A DNA stretch of 64,000 nucleotides, from assembly GCA_963662265.2 (NCBI GenBank), contig CAXXHA010000035.1, positions 160,001 to 224,000 on the forward strand, in the 5' to 3' direction. Under the pieces are notes generated by a model. It ran no database searches, was not told where the DNA came from, and saw nothing but the letters and a program-made list of their open reading frames with translations. Both the position numbers and the translations under genes were made by a program. Below, piece after piece: positions 1 to 10,708 of the stretch. This DNA comes from Spirochaetia bacterium (GTDB lineage Bacteria > Spirochaetota > Spirochaetia > CADAEX01). The stretch's first letter is position 1; every line of letters starts with the position of its first letter.

Positions 1-1
1 T

Positions 2-3000
2 TCTGAAAAACCTATTGTAATATTTCTTGATGATCTTCAGTGGTGCGATAGAGCGTCATATTATCTTTTAAATTATATACTTAATCTGTTTCATTTGTAT
101 GATAATATTTTTATTATTGCTGCATATCGTGATAATGAATTAAATGATGAATTAAAAACAATTGTAAAAAGCGCTGTAAAGAGAAAAGAAAATTATTTAA
201 GTATTTCTTTAGATTCTCTTTCTGCTGATCATACAGGAGAGATTATTAATAAAACATTTAATATTAATAATGCTTTTCTAAAAAAAATAGTTTATGAAAA
301 AACTGATGGAAATCCGTTTTTTATAAATCAGTTTCTTTTAAACTGTGTCAGAGAAAAAAGTATTTATTTTAATGAAAATACTCAATCATGGGATTATGAT
401 ATAAATGTAATTGATAAAGTCCCCCCTGCTGCTGATATTTGTCTGGTTTCCCTGGAAGCTGGGCTGAAAAATAATTCTGAAATGATCCAGCTGCTCAAGA
501 TAATTTCCTGTAACGGAGGCTCCTCTTTTGAGAAGGAAATATATGAATTATCCGGATTGAGTATGGAAAGATATGAGAAAGCTTTGTATTTAGCGCTGGA
601 TGCCGGATATCTTAAATTTACAGGATCAGATAATGAGAAGATATCATTTTCGCATGACCGTATCTACCAGGCATCATATTCTCTGATTCCAGACAGTAAA
701 AAATATATATATCATAAAAATACAGCTGAGTACCTTATCAGATCACTCTCAGATAAGGAAACAGAAAACCGCATTTTTGATATTACTGATCAGCTTATAA
801 GATCATATAAATTGAAACCTGATAATGAAATTGTTTCTGATAGCCAGGTTTTATTTCTTGCCGAATACTGCTTCAGAGCAGGAGATAGAGCTCTTTCAAT
901 AGCCGCATGGCAGTCTTCTTTAAAGTATTTCAAAACAGCTCTTGAGGTTTTTTCTGATACAGAGTGGATAAATCATTATGATTTTTCATTAAAACTTTAT
1001 ACAAGGGGTGCAGAATCTGCTCTTCTAAATCAGGAATATGAATTGATGGGAAAACTCATTTCCAGAGTTAAAGAAAAGGCCCATGATATTCTTGATATCA
1101 TACCTGCTTTGAAAATTCGGGGAATGTCATATATGGCAAGAGCAAGGCTTCCAGATGCCGTAGACCTGGGGAAACAGATACTTTTGCTTCTTGGAATAAA
1201 GATTCCTGAAAAGCATATCAAATTACATACTTTCATAGAGAGTTTAAAAGTCCGTTTTTATCTTAAATATGGCAATCGGAATGATCCTGAAACGGATAGA
1301 AAAACAGCTGTTCTTCTTGATTCTCTTATATTTACTTTTTCTCCGGCATACCTTGCTGCCCCGGAACTGTTTCCTGTAATTGTTCTAAAACAAATACCGT
1401 TATACGGAATGAATAAGACACATCCATTGTATCCTTTTTCAATGATTCTTTACAGTTTGTATCTGATTGCATCGGGAAATATTGATATTGCATATAAATA
1501 TGGTAAAGAAGCTCATGATCTGGTAGTAAATAATAATCATACTTACTTAATTCCTAAAATAAATTTTCTTTTTTCTCTATTTGTAAAACATTGGAAAGAT
1601 CCATTATCAGAATCTATGATGCTTTTCCGTGAAGGTTATAAAAATGGTATTTCATCAGGTGATTTTGAATATGTAACATATTGTATGAGTGCTGAGACTA
1701 TGAATTACATTTTTTCAGGTGATTATCTTCCGGAAGCTTTCAAGCAGATGTCTGATAATTACAGAGCTGTGAAAAATATGGGACAACAGCGTAATATGGA
1801 AACTATGAATATAAATAATTTAGTTGTTAGTAATTTATTGGCAATTACAGGAGACTGGAAAAGTCTTTCTACAGATACTTTTAATGAGGACTCAAATCTT
1901 GAAAGTCGGAAGGCTATAAATGAAACAAGCTATATTGGTATCTATTATCTTTATAAAATGATTTTGTCTGTCTGCTATGGGAATTATTCTGATGGAGCGG
2001 AATATCTTGATAAAGCTAAAGAGTATATAAAGGCTACAGTAGGGCAGACTTCAATTCAAGCATATTGTTTTTATTCTGCAATAATTAATTCGGAAAATTA
2101 CCGATTAAACAATCAGAGAAGTCGAAAACAATTGGAAGGAATTCTTTTTTCAATAAAGAACCTTTCTCAATGGGCAAAGCATTCTCCTGAAAACCAGCTA
2201 CACAGACTTTATCATGTAAAAGCTGAGTATTACTCAATTAAAAAAAAATATGATAAAGCATCCATGTATTTTAAACTTGCAATTAAAACTGCAGGAAGGA
2301 ATGGTTATATAAATGAGAAGGCTCTTGCGCTTGAAAGATTTGCTGAGTTTTATTTTTCCCGAAAAATGGAAAATGAGGGTGTCGGATATGTCGTTGAATC
2401 GTTTAACGCCTACAAAAAATGGGGAGCAAAAAGAAAGCTAATTCTTATGAAGGAACAGTATCCTGAAATACTTTCCTCATATAACACTCTGCTCCCCCAT
2501 GAGGAAAAAGAACGAATTACTGTTTTTACAGATTTTATTGACCGAGATGCGCTTGCAAAAGCAACCGGTACAATACTGTCAGAAATAAAGCAGTCTTCAT
2601 TATTTGAAAAACTTCTGACTATTCTTCTTCAGTATGCGGGTGCAGAAAGCGGCTATCTTTATGTTACGGTCAATGGAATAGACCGGTTTGCTGCTTCTGC
2701 CGAAACGGTATCAGGGAAAATATCAGTAAGAACTGTATCCTGTTTCGGATCTGAAAAAATATCAAAAGAAAATTCTTTTTATAAATCTATTGTTAATTAT
2801 ACAGGAAGAACTCATGAAATCTTTAATCTTCCTTCTGATAATCCTGAAATTAATCCAGGCTTGTTTTCTGATTATAAGGATATTTCGGTTCTCTGTATTC
2901 CAATAATCCGGCAGAGTAAAAAGCAGGGGATAATACTGCTTGTAAATACAATAAATCGATCAGGTTTCAGTAAAAAAACAGAACAGATGATAAAAGTTAT

Positions 3001-3874
3001 TGCATCCCAGGCATCAATTGCTCTTGAAAATGCAAGACTTTATTCAGAACTTGAAAAACAGATAAATATTCAGAATGATCTTAAAAAGGAGGGGCGGGTT
3101 CAGATTCAGAAACTTATGGATTCTGATAAGTTTGCATCAATCGGCTTTCTTCTTGAAGAACTTGCACATGAAATAAGCAATCCTAACCAGGCCGTTCTTT
3201 TGAGATCTTCATACCTTGAAGATGCATGTGAAAACATGATGAAACTTGCTGATGAATATTATGAAGAGGAAGGTGATTTTGATGTCGGAATAGAAATGTA
3301 TTCCGAATTCCGTAAAAATTTCCCCGAAGCCTTAGCTGCAATTACATCATCTTCAAGGCAGATAAATGCAATAATAAAAAACCTGAAAAGCTATATAAAA
3401 AATGAAAATATTCATGAAATAAATCATGTTGATCTGAATGAAGTTGTAGAAGAAACTGTCAGGCTTTCTTCTTTTTTTATCAGAAAAAAAACTTCCCGGT
3501 TTTATTTTAACAGGGGGAATGTCCCTCCTGTAGTTGGTAACTTTCAGAGACTTCAGCAGGTCATGCTTAATCTTATTCAGAACAGTTGTCTGTCGCTTTC
3601 TTCTCAGGACAAATGTATTAATATAAAAACAGAGTTTGACTGTCAAAGAAAATATGCTGTTATCACAGTAAATGATGAAGGAGAAGGGATATCTGAAGAG
3701 GAGGTGTTGAGAGCTAAGGAAAGATTTTTTACTACAAGAGGGAATAGAGGAGGAACAGGGTTGGGGCTTTCTGTATCTGATTCCATAATAAAAGAACATG
3801 GCGGAGAACTTATAATCTCATCAGTTCCTGGTGAAGGTACTGAAGTAAAAGTCTGCCTGCCTGTTGAGAAATAG
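2..3874 (+). CDS. Giant AAA/STAND ATPase-GAF-histidine kinase, 5'-truncated by the window edge (paralog A)
   Basis: Frame is open from base 2 (SEKPIVIFLDDLQWCD, Walker B), so the track start at 95 is not the real start. Has GNPFF and FSHDRI motifs, a GAF domain (CIPII...QASIALENARLY), H-box LAHEISNP and HATPase boxes NLIQNS/DEGEG/GTGLGL. Confidence 0.93.
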   Translation, partial: SEKPIVIFLDDLQWCDRASYYLLNYILNLFHLYDNIFIIAAYRDNELNDELKTIVKSAVKRKENYLSISLDSLSADHTGEIINKTFNINNAFLKKIVYEKTDGNPFFINQFLLNCVREKSIYFNENTQSWDYDINVIDKVPPAADICLVSLEAGLKNNSEMIQLLKIISCNGGSSFEKEIYELSGLSMERYEKALYLALDAGYLKFTGSDNEKISFSHDRIYQASYSLIPDSKKYIYHKNTAEYLIRSLSDKETENRIFDITDQLIRSYKLKPDNEIVSDSQVLFLAEYCFRAGDRALSIAAWQSSLKYFKTALEVFSDTEWINHYDFSLKLYTRGAESALLNQEYELMGKLISRVKEKAHDILDIIPALKIRGMSYMARARLPDAVDLGKQILLLLGIKIPEKHIKLHTFIESLKVRFYLKYGNRNDPETDRKTAVLLDSLIFTFSPAYLAAPELFPVIVLKQIPLYGMNKTHPLYPFSMILYSLYLIASGNIDIAYKYGKEAHDLVVNNNHTYLIPKINFLFSLFVKHWKDPLSESMMLFREGYKNGISSGDFEYVTYCMSAETMNYIFSGDYLPEAFKQMSDNYRAVKNMGQQRNMETMNINNLVVSNLLAITGDWKSLSTDTFNEDSNLESRKAINETSYIGIYYLYKMILSVCYGNYSDGAEYLDKAKEYIKATVGQTSIQAYCFYSAIINSENYRLNNQRSRKQLEGILFSIKNLSQWAKHSPENQLHRLYHVKAEYYSIKKKYDKASMYFKLAIKTAGRNGYINEKALALERFAEFYFSRKMENEGVGYVVESFNAYKKWGAKRKLILMKEQYPEILSSYNTLLPHEEKERITVFTDFIDRDALAKATGTILSEIKQSSLFEKLLTILLQYAGAESGYLYVTVNGIDRFAASAETVSGKISVRTVSCFGSEKISKENSFYKSIVNYTGRTHEIFNLPSDNPEINPGLFSDYKDISVLCIPIIRQSKKQGIILLVNTINRSGFSKKTEQMIKVIASQASIALENARLYSELEKQINIQNDLKKEGRVQIQKLMDSDKFASIGFLLEELAHEISNPNQAVLLRSSYLEDACENMMKLADEYYEEEGDFDVGIEMYSEFRKNFPEALAAITSSSRQINAIIKNLKSYIKNENIHEINHVDLNEVVEETVRLSSFFIRKKTSRFYFNRGNVPPVVGNFQRLQQVMLNLIQNSCLSLSSQDKCINIKTEFDCQRKYAVITVNDEGEGISEEEVLRAKERFFTTRGNRGGTGLGLSVSDSIIKEHGGELIISSVPGEGTEVKVCLPVEK
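500..1372 (+). repeat. Near-identical tract shared with 5585-6457 (offset 5085)
   Basis: Direct comparison shows only scattered substitutions, while the flanks are clearly diverged. Bases 1-49 also equal 5086-5134. Confidence 0.9.
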
Positions 3875-3880
3875 TATAAT

Positions 3881-6800
3881 ATGATAAATAAAATATATAA
3901 ATTTGAAAAAAATGATAAATTTAATAAAGATGTATTTTATCAGAAACTGAATGAATACAATAGCGTTGAATGCTCCTCTCTTATCAGTCCTGTAATATAT
4001 GATGAATCAGGTAATACAGGGATACTGTCATCTGAGGATGATTCTTTTTTCCTCTATAAACCGATTGCAGAATATAAAAAATTAACAGATGAAGACTTTA
4101 TAAAATTCTGTATATCTGCTGTAGAGGCGCTTTCTGATCTCCATAAAAGTGGATCAGATTTTGGAACGATTCATCCGGTATCAATTTATTATCTTTCTGA
4201 CGGCCCTGTCAGGTTCCTTCTTCCCGGATTTATTCCGCTAAATGATGAGAGTGAATTACTTTATTATGCATCCCCCGAAGCATTGGCTGATTCCGGGGAA
4301 GAGGAAAGGTCTGGTTGTATAAAAGACTACTATACACTTGGAATAATATTGCTGGAAATATTTACAGGTGAAAAGAAATATTTATTCAATACTGCACTTG
4401 AAACATTTCACCGCAAGATGACAACTGTGACTTCCCCTGCATCAGGGGAAGGTATATTTAATATCTTTAATAAAATGACAGCACTTAATCCGCAAGAAAG
4501 GTACCAGAGTGCTTCAGAAATAATACATGATTTTAAATACTGTCTTAAAAAATGTTCAAGTTCAGAATCAGAAGAGGCCTCGCTGGAATTCCATGAAGAG
4601 AGAGATTTTTCATTTTCAGTTTTCAGAATATCATGTGAGATTGAGGGCCGTGAAAAAGAGACAGCTTTGCTTGAAAAATCATTCAGAGATACAGCAAATG
4701 GAAAAAGCCGTATTGTTTTTGTTAGCGGATATTCAGGTATCGGAAAAACATCTTTAGTAAGCAATTTTCTTGAAATTATTCACCCTGCTTCCGGTTTTAT
4801 CCTAAAAGGAAAATTTGATCAGTATAATAACAGTCCATATACTGGATTTGTTCAGATATTCAGTACTCTTTTCGGAAAGCTTCTTCAGTTTGATGAAGAT
4901 AAACTGTCGTTATACCGTGACAGAATAATAAAACTTCTCGGAAGAAGCGGAAAACTTTTAACAGATATTGTTCCTGTGCTTGAAAAAATTACAGGCTGTT
5001 ATTCAGAACCGGAAGTAACAGGTGCTGTTGAAGTTAATAATTATATTACATATATGTTTCATAAGCTGCTTTCTTTATTTGCATCTTCTGAAAAACCTAT
5101 TGTAATATTTCTTGATGATCTTCAGTGGTGCGATTGCGCATCTTTTAATCTTCTTAAAAATCTTTATAAAACTCTTTATATGTATGAGAATTTACTGATA
5201 ATAGCAGCCTACCGAGATAATGAAATAAACAGTGAACTTGAAAAAATATTAAAAGTCTGTTCAGAGGGAATGATTGATTATCTTAATATAGAACTTTCTT
5301 CTCTTTCTCCTGAGCAAACCGGTTGTATTCTTGATAAATCATTTTCTATAAACGATATTGTATTCAAAGAAATAATACACGAAAAGACAGATGGCAATCC
5401 TTTTTTAATCAACAGTTTTCTATCAAGCTGCTTTAATAAGAATTATATATATTTTAATAAAGATAAATGTATCTGGAATTGGATAAAAGAGGAAATTGAA
5501 AAAGAACCGTTCGCAGGGGAGATTTATAAACACTTTTCAAATACTGTTAAAAAATATGATCCCGACATGATTGAGCTACTTAAAATAATTTCCTGTAACG
5601 GCGGCTCCTCTCTTGAGAAAGAATTATATGAATTATCCGGATTGAGTATGGAAAAATATGAGAAAGCTTTGTATTTGGCGCTGGATGCCGGATATCTTAA
5701 ATTTACAGGATCAGATAATAAAAAGATATCATTTTCTCATGACCGTATCTACCAGGCATCATATTCTCTGATTCCAGACAGTAAAAAATATATATATCAT
5801 AAAAATACAGCTGAGTACCTTATCAGATCACTCTCAGATACGGAAACAGAAAACCGTATTTTTGATATTACTGATCAGCTTATACGAGCATATGAATTAA
5901 AACCTGATAATGAAATTGTTTCTGATAGCCAGGTTTTATTTCTTGCTGAATACTGCTTCCGAGCAGGAGATAGGGCTCTTTCAACAGCAGCATGGCAGCC
6001 TTCTTTAAAGTATTTCAAAACAGCTCTTGAAGTTTTTTCTGATACAGAGTGGATAAATCATTATGATTTTTCATTAAAACTTTATACAAGGGGTGCAGAA
6101 TCTGCTCTTTTAAATCAGGAATATGAATTGATGGAAAAACTCATTTCCAGAGTTGAAGAAAAGGCCCATGATATTCTTGATATCATACCTGCTTTGAAAA
6201 TTCGGGGAATGTCATATATGGCAAGAGCAAGGCTTCCAGATGCCGTAGACCTGGGGAAACAGATACTTTTGCTTCTTGGAATAAAGATTCCTGAAAAGCA
6301 TATCAAATTACATACTTTTATAGAGAGTTTAAAAGTCCGTTTTTATCTTAAATATGGCACCCGGAATGAACATGAAACGGATAGAAAAACAGCTGTTCTT
6401 CTTGATTCTCTTATATTTACTTTTTCACCGGCATACCTCGCAGCCCCGGAACTGTTCCCAATAATAGTTCTCAAACAGTTACCACTGTATGAAAAAAATA
6501 CAAGTTATCCTCTTTATCCTTTTTCTTTGATTCTTTACAGTCTTGTTTTATTTGGTTTAAGTAAAATTAAAGTTGCTTCTGTTTATGCTGAAAATGCTTT
6601 CAAGATTACTTTACAAAATAATAATAAATTTCTTTTACCTAAAATATCATTTCTGTTTACCCAGTTTTTAATTCACTGGACAATGCCATTATCCGAGACT
6701 ATAAAGTTTTTCCAGAAGGGATATAAAGATGGTCTGGTGTCCGGTGATTTTGAGTATGTTGGCTATACACTTGCCTGTGAACTCAATAATCGTTTATATA

Positions 6801-8962
6801 CTGGTGAATACCTACCTGATTTCTTAAAGGATGCTGATGATAAAATACTACTGGCCGGCTTGATTGGACAGGAAAGAAATGAAAAAGCCTGTGTTTTTTT
6901 CAAATTAATTGCTTTAAATCTGACTGGATTAACTGAAAATAGAAATGTTATTTCGATAGCGGAATTGAATGAAGATGAATTGCTTTTAAATATTACAGAA
7001 TCAAATGATAACAGCTTTATAGCTTTATTTTATCTTTTAAAAAGTTTTATAGCATATTTATATGGTGACAAGGAAAAAGCTTTAAATCTTATTATTAAGT
7101 GCAAGTCATATAAGAATGGATTGGCTGGGCAGTTTTCATATACTGTATTTTACTATTACAGGGCATTAATCATGCTTGATTGTTTTTCTGAATCCGCTGG
7201 TTGTGATAATAATGAAGTTTTTAAGGAAGCGAAAGTCTCTATAAAAAAGATCGCAAACTGGGCAAAGTACTCTCCTGAAAACCAGCTTCACAGGCTTTAT
7301 CTGGTTAAAGCTGAATATTATTCAGTTAAAGAAGAGTTTAAAAAAGCATCTGAATATTTCAGGCTTGCAATAGAAACAGCTGGAAAAAACAATTTTATTA
7401 ATGAAAAAGCTCTTGCTCTTGAAAGATTTGCATTATTCTATTTGTCCCGCGGAATGAGAAGCGAGGCATTCGGCTATATTATAGAGTCTTTCAAAGCATA
7501 TAAAAAATGGGGCGCCAAAAGAAAACTTATTATAATGAAGGAGCAATATCCTGTAATCTTAACAGCATATAACACTCTGCTTCCTCATGAAGAAAAAGGA
7601 AATGATGTTTTTACCGAGATTGTAGAGCATGATGCTCTTGTAAAAGCAACAGGAACAATACTTTCTGAAATCAAACAATCTTCATTATTTGAAAAACTCC
7701 TGACAATTCTTGTTCAATATTCCGGAGCTGAACAAGCTTATTTATATCTTACAGAAAAAGAGTATGACAGAGTCTCAGCATTGGCAGAAACTGTTTCAGG
7801 AAATATTACAGTTAGAATAATTAATAGTTATGATTTTTCACTTTCTGAAAAAAATGATTATTACAAACCAATTGTTAATTATACAGGAAGAACGCTTGAG
7901 ACTGTATGTATTCCTTCTGATGGTTCCGGTTGTGAATCAGAATTGTTTCCCAATTATAAGGATATTTCAGTACTGTGTATGCCTATAATCAGACAGAAGG
8001 AAAAGCAGGGAATTATTCTTCTTGTAAATAGTCTTAACAGATCAGGATTCAACAGAAAAACCGAGCAAATGATAAAAGTCATTGCATCTCAGGCATCAAT
8101 TGCGCTTGAAAATGCAAGACTTTACTCTGAGCTTGAAAAGCAGGTTGATATTCAAAATGAACTTGAAAAGGATAGGGATATACAGTTTCAGAAGCTTATG
8201 GATTCTGAAAAACATGCATCTATAGGAGTTCTTCTTGCTGAACTTGCGCATGAAATAAACAATCCTAATCAGGCTATTCTTTTAAGGTCTTCCTATCTTG
8301 AAGAGACTGGCGGGAATATTATGAAACTTGCTGAGGAATATTATGAGGAAGAAGGCGATTTTAATGTCGGGTCAGAAATGTATTCGGAGTTCCGTTTAAA
8401 TTTTACAGATGCATTATCTGCTATTTCATCATCTTCAAGACAAATTAATATAATTATTAAAAACCTTAAAAACTATATAAAGTCAGCTAATAATCCAGAA
8501 ATGAATATTGTTGATCTGAATGAAATTATTCAGGAGACAGTTAACCTTGCATCGTTTTTTATCAAGAAAAAGACAGATAGGTTTTATTTTGTCCCGGGAG
8601 ATGTCCCCGTAATCCTCGGAAATTATCAGAGACTTCAGCAGGTAGTGCTTAATCTGATTCAAAACAGCTGTCAATCGCTTTCTTCAAGAGGAAAAAGTAT
8701 TTCGATCCATACAGAATATGACAGTCAAAACAAATGTGTTGTTCTGATAATAGAAGATGAGGGGGAAGGAATTGAGGCAAAATTGCTTTCCAGTGTAAAG
8801 GGACGTTTTTTTACCACAAAAGAAAATAAACGCAGTACAGGGCTCGGGCTTTCTGTATCTGATTCTATAATAAAGGAGCATGGCGGCGAACTCCTGATAT
8901 CATCTGTTCCGGGAAAGGGTACAAATGTAAGGGTAATGCTGCCGGTTGAAAGAAATGACTGA
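3881..8962 (+). CDS. Degenerate Ser/Thr kinase-AAA/STAND ATPase-GAF-histidine kinase, 1693 aa (paralog B)
   Basis: N-terminal kinase-like lobe (YYASPE, DYYTLGIILLEIFTG, NPQERYQSA), Walker A GYSGIGKT, Walker B IFLDDLQW, GAF, H-box LAHEINNP, HATPase boxes. Confidence 0.93.
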   Translation: MINKIYKFEKNDKFNKDVFYQKLNEYNSVECSSLISPVIYDESGNTGILSSEDDSFFLYKPIAEYKKLTDEDFIKFCISAVEALSDLHKSGSDFGTIHPVSIYYLSDGPVRFLLPGFIPLNDESELLYYASPEALADSGEEERSGCIKDYYTLGIILLEIFTGEKKYLFNTALETFHRKMTTVTSPASGEGIFNIFNKMTALNPQERYQSASEIIHDFKYCLKKCSSSESEEASLEFHEERDFSFSVFRISCEIEGREKETALLEKSFRDTANGKSRIVFVSGYSGIGKTSLVSNFLEIIHPASGFILKGKFDQYNNSPYTGFVQIFSTLFGKLLQFDEDKLSLYRDRIIKLLGRSGKLLTDIVPVLEKITGCYSEPEVTGAVEVNNYITYMFHKLLSLFASSEKPIVIFLDDLQWCDCASFNLLKNLYKTLYMYENLLIIAAYRDNEINSELEKILKVCSEGMIDYLNIELSSLSPEQTGCILDKSFSINDIVFKEIIHEKTDGNPFLINSFLSSCFNKNYIYFNKDKCIWNWIKEEIEKEPFAGEIYKHFSNTVKKYDPDMIELLKIISCNGGSSLEKELYELSGLSMEKYEKALYLALDAGYLKFTGSDNKKISFSHDRIYQASYSLIPDSKKYIYHKNTAEYLIRSLSDTETENRIFDITDQLIRAYELKPDNEIVSDSQVLFLAEYCFRAGDRALSTAAWQPSLKYFKTALEVFSDTEWINHYDFSLKLYTRGAESALLNQEYELMEKLISRVEEKAHDILDIIPALKIRGMSYMARARLPDAVDLGKQILLLLGIKIPEKHIKLHTFIESLKVRFYLKYGTRNEHETDRKTAVLLDSLIFTFSPAYLAAPELFPIIVLKQLPLYEKNTSYPLYPFSLILYSLVLFGLSKIKVASVYAENAFKITLQNNNKFLLPKISFLFTQFLIHWTMPLSETIKFFQKGYKDGLVSGDFEYVGYTLACELNNRLYTGEYLPDFLKDADDKILLAGLIGQERNEKACVFFKLIALNLTGLTENRNVISIAELNEDELLLNITESNDNSFIALFYLLKSFIAYLYGDKEKALNLIIKCKSYKNGLAGQFSYTVFYYYRALIMLDCFSESAGCDNNEVFKEAKVSIKKIANWAKYSPENQLHRLYLVKAEYYSVKEEFKKASEYFRLAIETAGKNNFINEKALALERFALFYLSRGMRSEAFGYIIESFKAYKKWGAKRKLIIMKEQYPVILTAYNTLLPHEEKGNDVFTEIVEHDALVKATGTILSEIKQSSLFEKLLTILVQYSGAEQAYLYLTEKEYDRVSALAETVSGNITVRIINSYDFSLSEKNDYYKPIVNYTGRTLETVCIPSDGSGCESELFPNYKDISVLCMPIIRQKEKQGIILLVNSLNRSGFNRKTEQMIKVIASQASIALENARLYSELEKQVDIQNELEKDRDIQFQKLMDSEKHASIGVLLAELAHEINNPNQAILLRSSYLEETGGNIMKLAEEYYEEEGDFNVGSEMYSEFRLNFTDALSAISSSSRQINIIIKNLKNYIKSANNPEMNIVDLNEIIQETVNLASFFIKKKTDRFYFVPGDVPVILGNYQRLQQVVLNLIQNSCQSLSSRGKSISIHTEYDSQNKCVVLIIEDEGEGIEAKLLSSVKGRFFTTKENKRSTGLGLSVSDSIIKEHGGELLISSVPGKGTNVRVMLPVERND

Positions 8963-10373
8963 AAAAAATAAATATCCTGATTATCCTGTACTTCTTATTG
9001 ATGATGAGGTGGAAGTTCTTAAGGCAGAAAGTTCTATTTTGAAATTTGCAGGAATTGACAACATTATAACCTGCAGTAACAGTAATCAAGTTATGGAAAT
9101 TGTTGCAAAGGAAAAACCTGAACTTATTCTACTTGACCTTGCAATGCCGGGAGTCAGCGGCAGGGAAATACTTGCAATGGTCAGGGATGAATATCCTGAA
9201 ACCGCAGTAATTATTGTGACAGCATCTGATGATATTAAAAATGCAATAGAATGCATGAAGGGAGGGGCAGCTGACTATATGGTAAAAGCTGTTGAGAAGG
9301 AAAGGCTTATAAGCGGTGTTAAAAATGTCCTTGAAATTAATAGTCTAAAGCGTGATTATATGAATCTTAAATCCCGTTTTTTTATCTCTTCCTTAAAATA
9401 TGAAGAAGCATTTTCTGATATAATTACATGCAGCAGAAATATGAAAAAAATATTTTCTTATTCTGAATCCATTGCAAGGAGCAGCGAGACAGTTTTTATC
9501 TCAGGTGAAACAGGGACCGGCAAGGAGCTTCTTGCAAATGCGATCCACATAATAAGCGGCAGAGATGGAGAAATGGTAACTGTAAATACAGCAGGACTTG
9601 ATGATTCTGTTTTTGCAGATACACTTTTCGGCCATAGAAAAGGAGCCTACACAGGGGCATTGGAGTCGCGTGGCGGTCTTGTTCAGAAAGCAACTGACGG
9701 GACGCTGTTTCTTGATGAGATCGGAGACCTTTCTCTTTCCTCCCAGGTAAAACTTTTAAGGCTTCTTGACCAGCATGAATATTATCCTATGGGTTCGGAT
9801 GTCGTAAAGAAATCTGATGCAAGATTTATTGTTGCAACAAACAGGAGTATGAAAAAGATGGTGGAAGAAGGCAGTTTTAGAAAGGACCTTTATTATCGGC
9901 TTTCAACTCACGAAATATCCATTCCTCCGCTAAGGGAAAGAAAGGATGATATTAAAATACTTCTTAATTATTTTCTTGATGCTGCCTGTGACGAGCTTGG
10001 TAAAACACGTTCTTCATATCCTCCCCAGCTTGAAACGCTTCTGGAAAACTACTTTTTTCCGGGCAATGTAAGAGAAATCCGTTCAATGGTATATGATGCT
10101 GTCAGCTGTCAGAAGGGAAATATGCTCTGTATGGAATCATTCAGAGAAGCGATTGGAAAAAGAGAGTCTCTTGATTCTTTTGAACATTCCTCTGTTTTTG
10201 ACTGCGGTTTAAGTAAAGCGGATAAAATTCCGACACTGCATGAGGCTGACTGGATATTAATTGATGAGGCTTTAAAAAGGTCCGGCGGAAACCAGACAAT
10301 TGCCGCGGGGATGCTGGGGATTACAAAGCAGGCGCTGAGTAAGAGACTGCAGCGGCGGGAAGGTGGGGAGTAG
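8955..10373 (+). CDS. Sigma54-dependent NtrC-family response regulator (REC-AAA+-Fis HTH)
   Basis: LLIDDE...LLDLAMP receiver, GETGTGKE, FGHRKGAYTGA, LFLDEIG, FRKDLYYRL, FPGNVRE, C-terminal GNQTIAAGMLGIT. ATG at 8955 overlaps the kinase stop. Confidence 0.96.
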   Translation: MTEKNKYPDYPVLLIDDEVEVLKAESSILKFAGIDNIITCSNSNQVMEIVAKEKPELILLDLAMPGVSGREILAMVRDEYPETAVIIVTASDDIKNAIECMKGGAADYMVKAVEKERLISGVKNVLEINSLKRDYMNLKSRFFISSLKYEEAFSDIITCSRNMKKIFSYSESIARSSETVFISGETGTGKELLANAIHIISGRDGEMVTVNTAGLDDSVFADTLFGHRKGAYTGALESRGGLVQKATDGTLFLDEIGDLSLSSQVKLLRLLDQHEYYPMGSDVVKKSDARFIVATNRSMKKMVEEGSFRKDLYYRLSTHEISIPPLRERKDDIKILLNYFLDAACDELGKTRSSYPPQLETLLENYFFPGNVREIRSMVYDAVSCQKGNMLCMESFREAIGKRESLDSFEHSSVFDCGLSKADKIPTLHEADWILIDEALKRSGGNQTIAAGMLGITKQALSKRLQRREGGE

Positions 10374-10531
10374 ATGGTTCCCTATGGGGCTTGTGTTTGC
10401 TGATTATGGTTAGTTGTCATAACAGATTTATTGTTAATAATATTCTAATGTATTTTGTAGTTTGTGATGAATAACAATAAGTCTTCTCCCTATATACTAT
10501 GAATCAGGCCTTTTATGATAGATTTTAATGG

Positions 10532-10575
10532 GTCAATAAATGTTTATTATTTACTATATGTCAACAAAAGTTGTC
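10532..10575 (+). promoter_or_regulatory. Tandem putative enhancer (UAS) sites
   Basis: GTCAATAAATGTTTAT (10532) and GTCAACAAAAGTTGTC (10560). The same motif pair lies before two other sigma54 promoters. Confidence 0.7.
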
Positions 10576-10648
10576 AGATATAAATATTGAAATTTTAACT
10601 GTATAATATAAATCCTTTTAGTATAAGAAAATATATAACTTTCAGACC

Positions 10649-10664
10649 CGGCATTAAATTTGCT
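10649..10664 (+). promoter_or_regulatory. Sigma54 -24/-12 promoter of the tlpA-like operon
   Basis: CGGCATTAAATTTGCT: GG(10650)-N10-GC(10662), followed by an SD and ATG 10709. Confidence 0.8.
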
Positions 10665-10708
10665 TATATGAATAAGTAAATTATCAATTATAAAAATCGG
10701 GAGTTATT

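Noticed and set aside
500-6457. DGR template/variable repeat pair
   Set aside because: Both copies are in-frame parts of paralogous genes, the differences are not adenine-specific, and no reverse transcriptase is present.
9640-9660. GAYTGA instead of GAFTGA as a sign of sigma54 independence
   Set aside because: Tyr is a natural variant at this position, and nearby -24/-12 promoters support sigma54 use.
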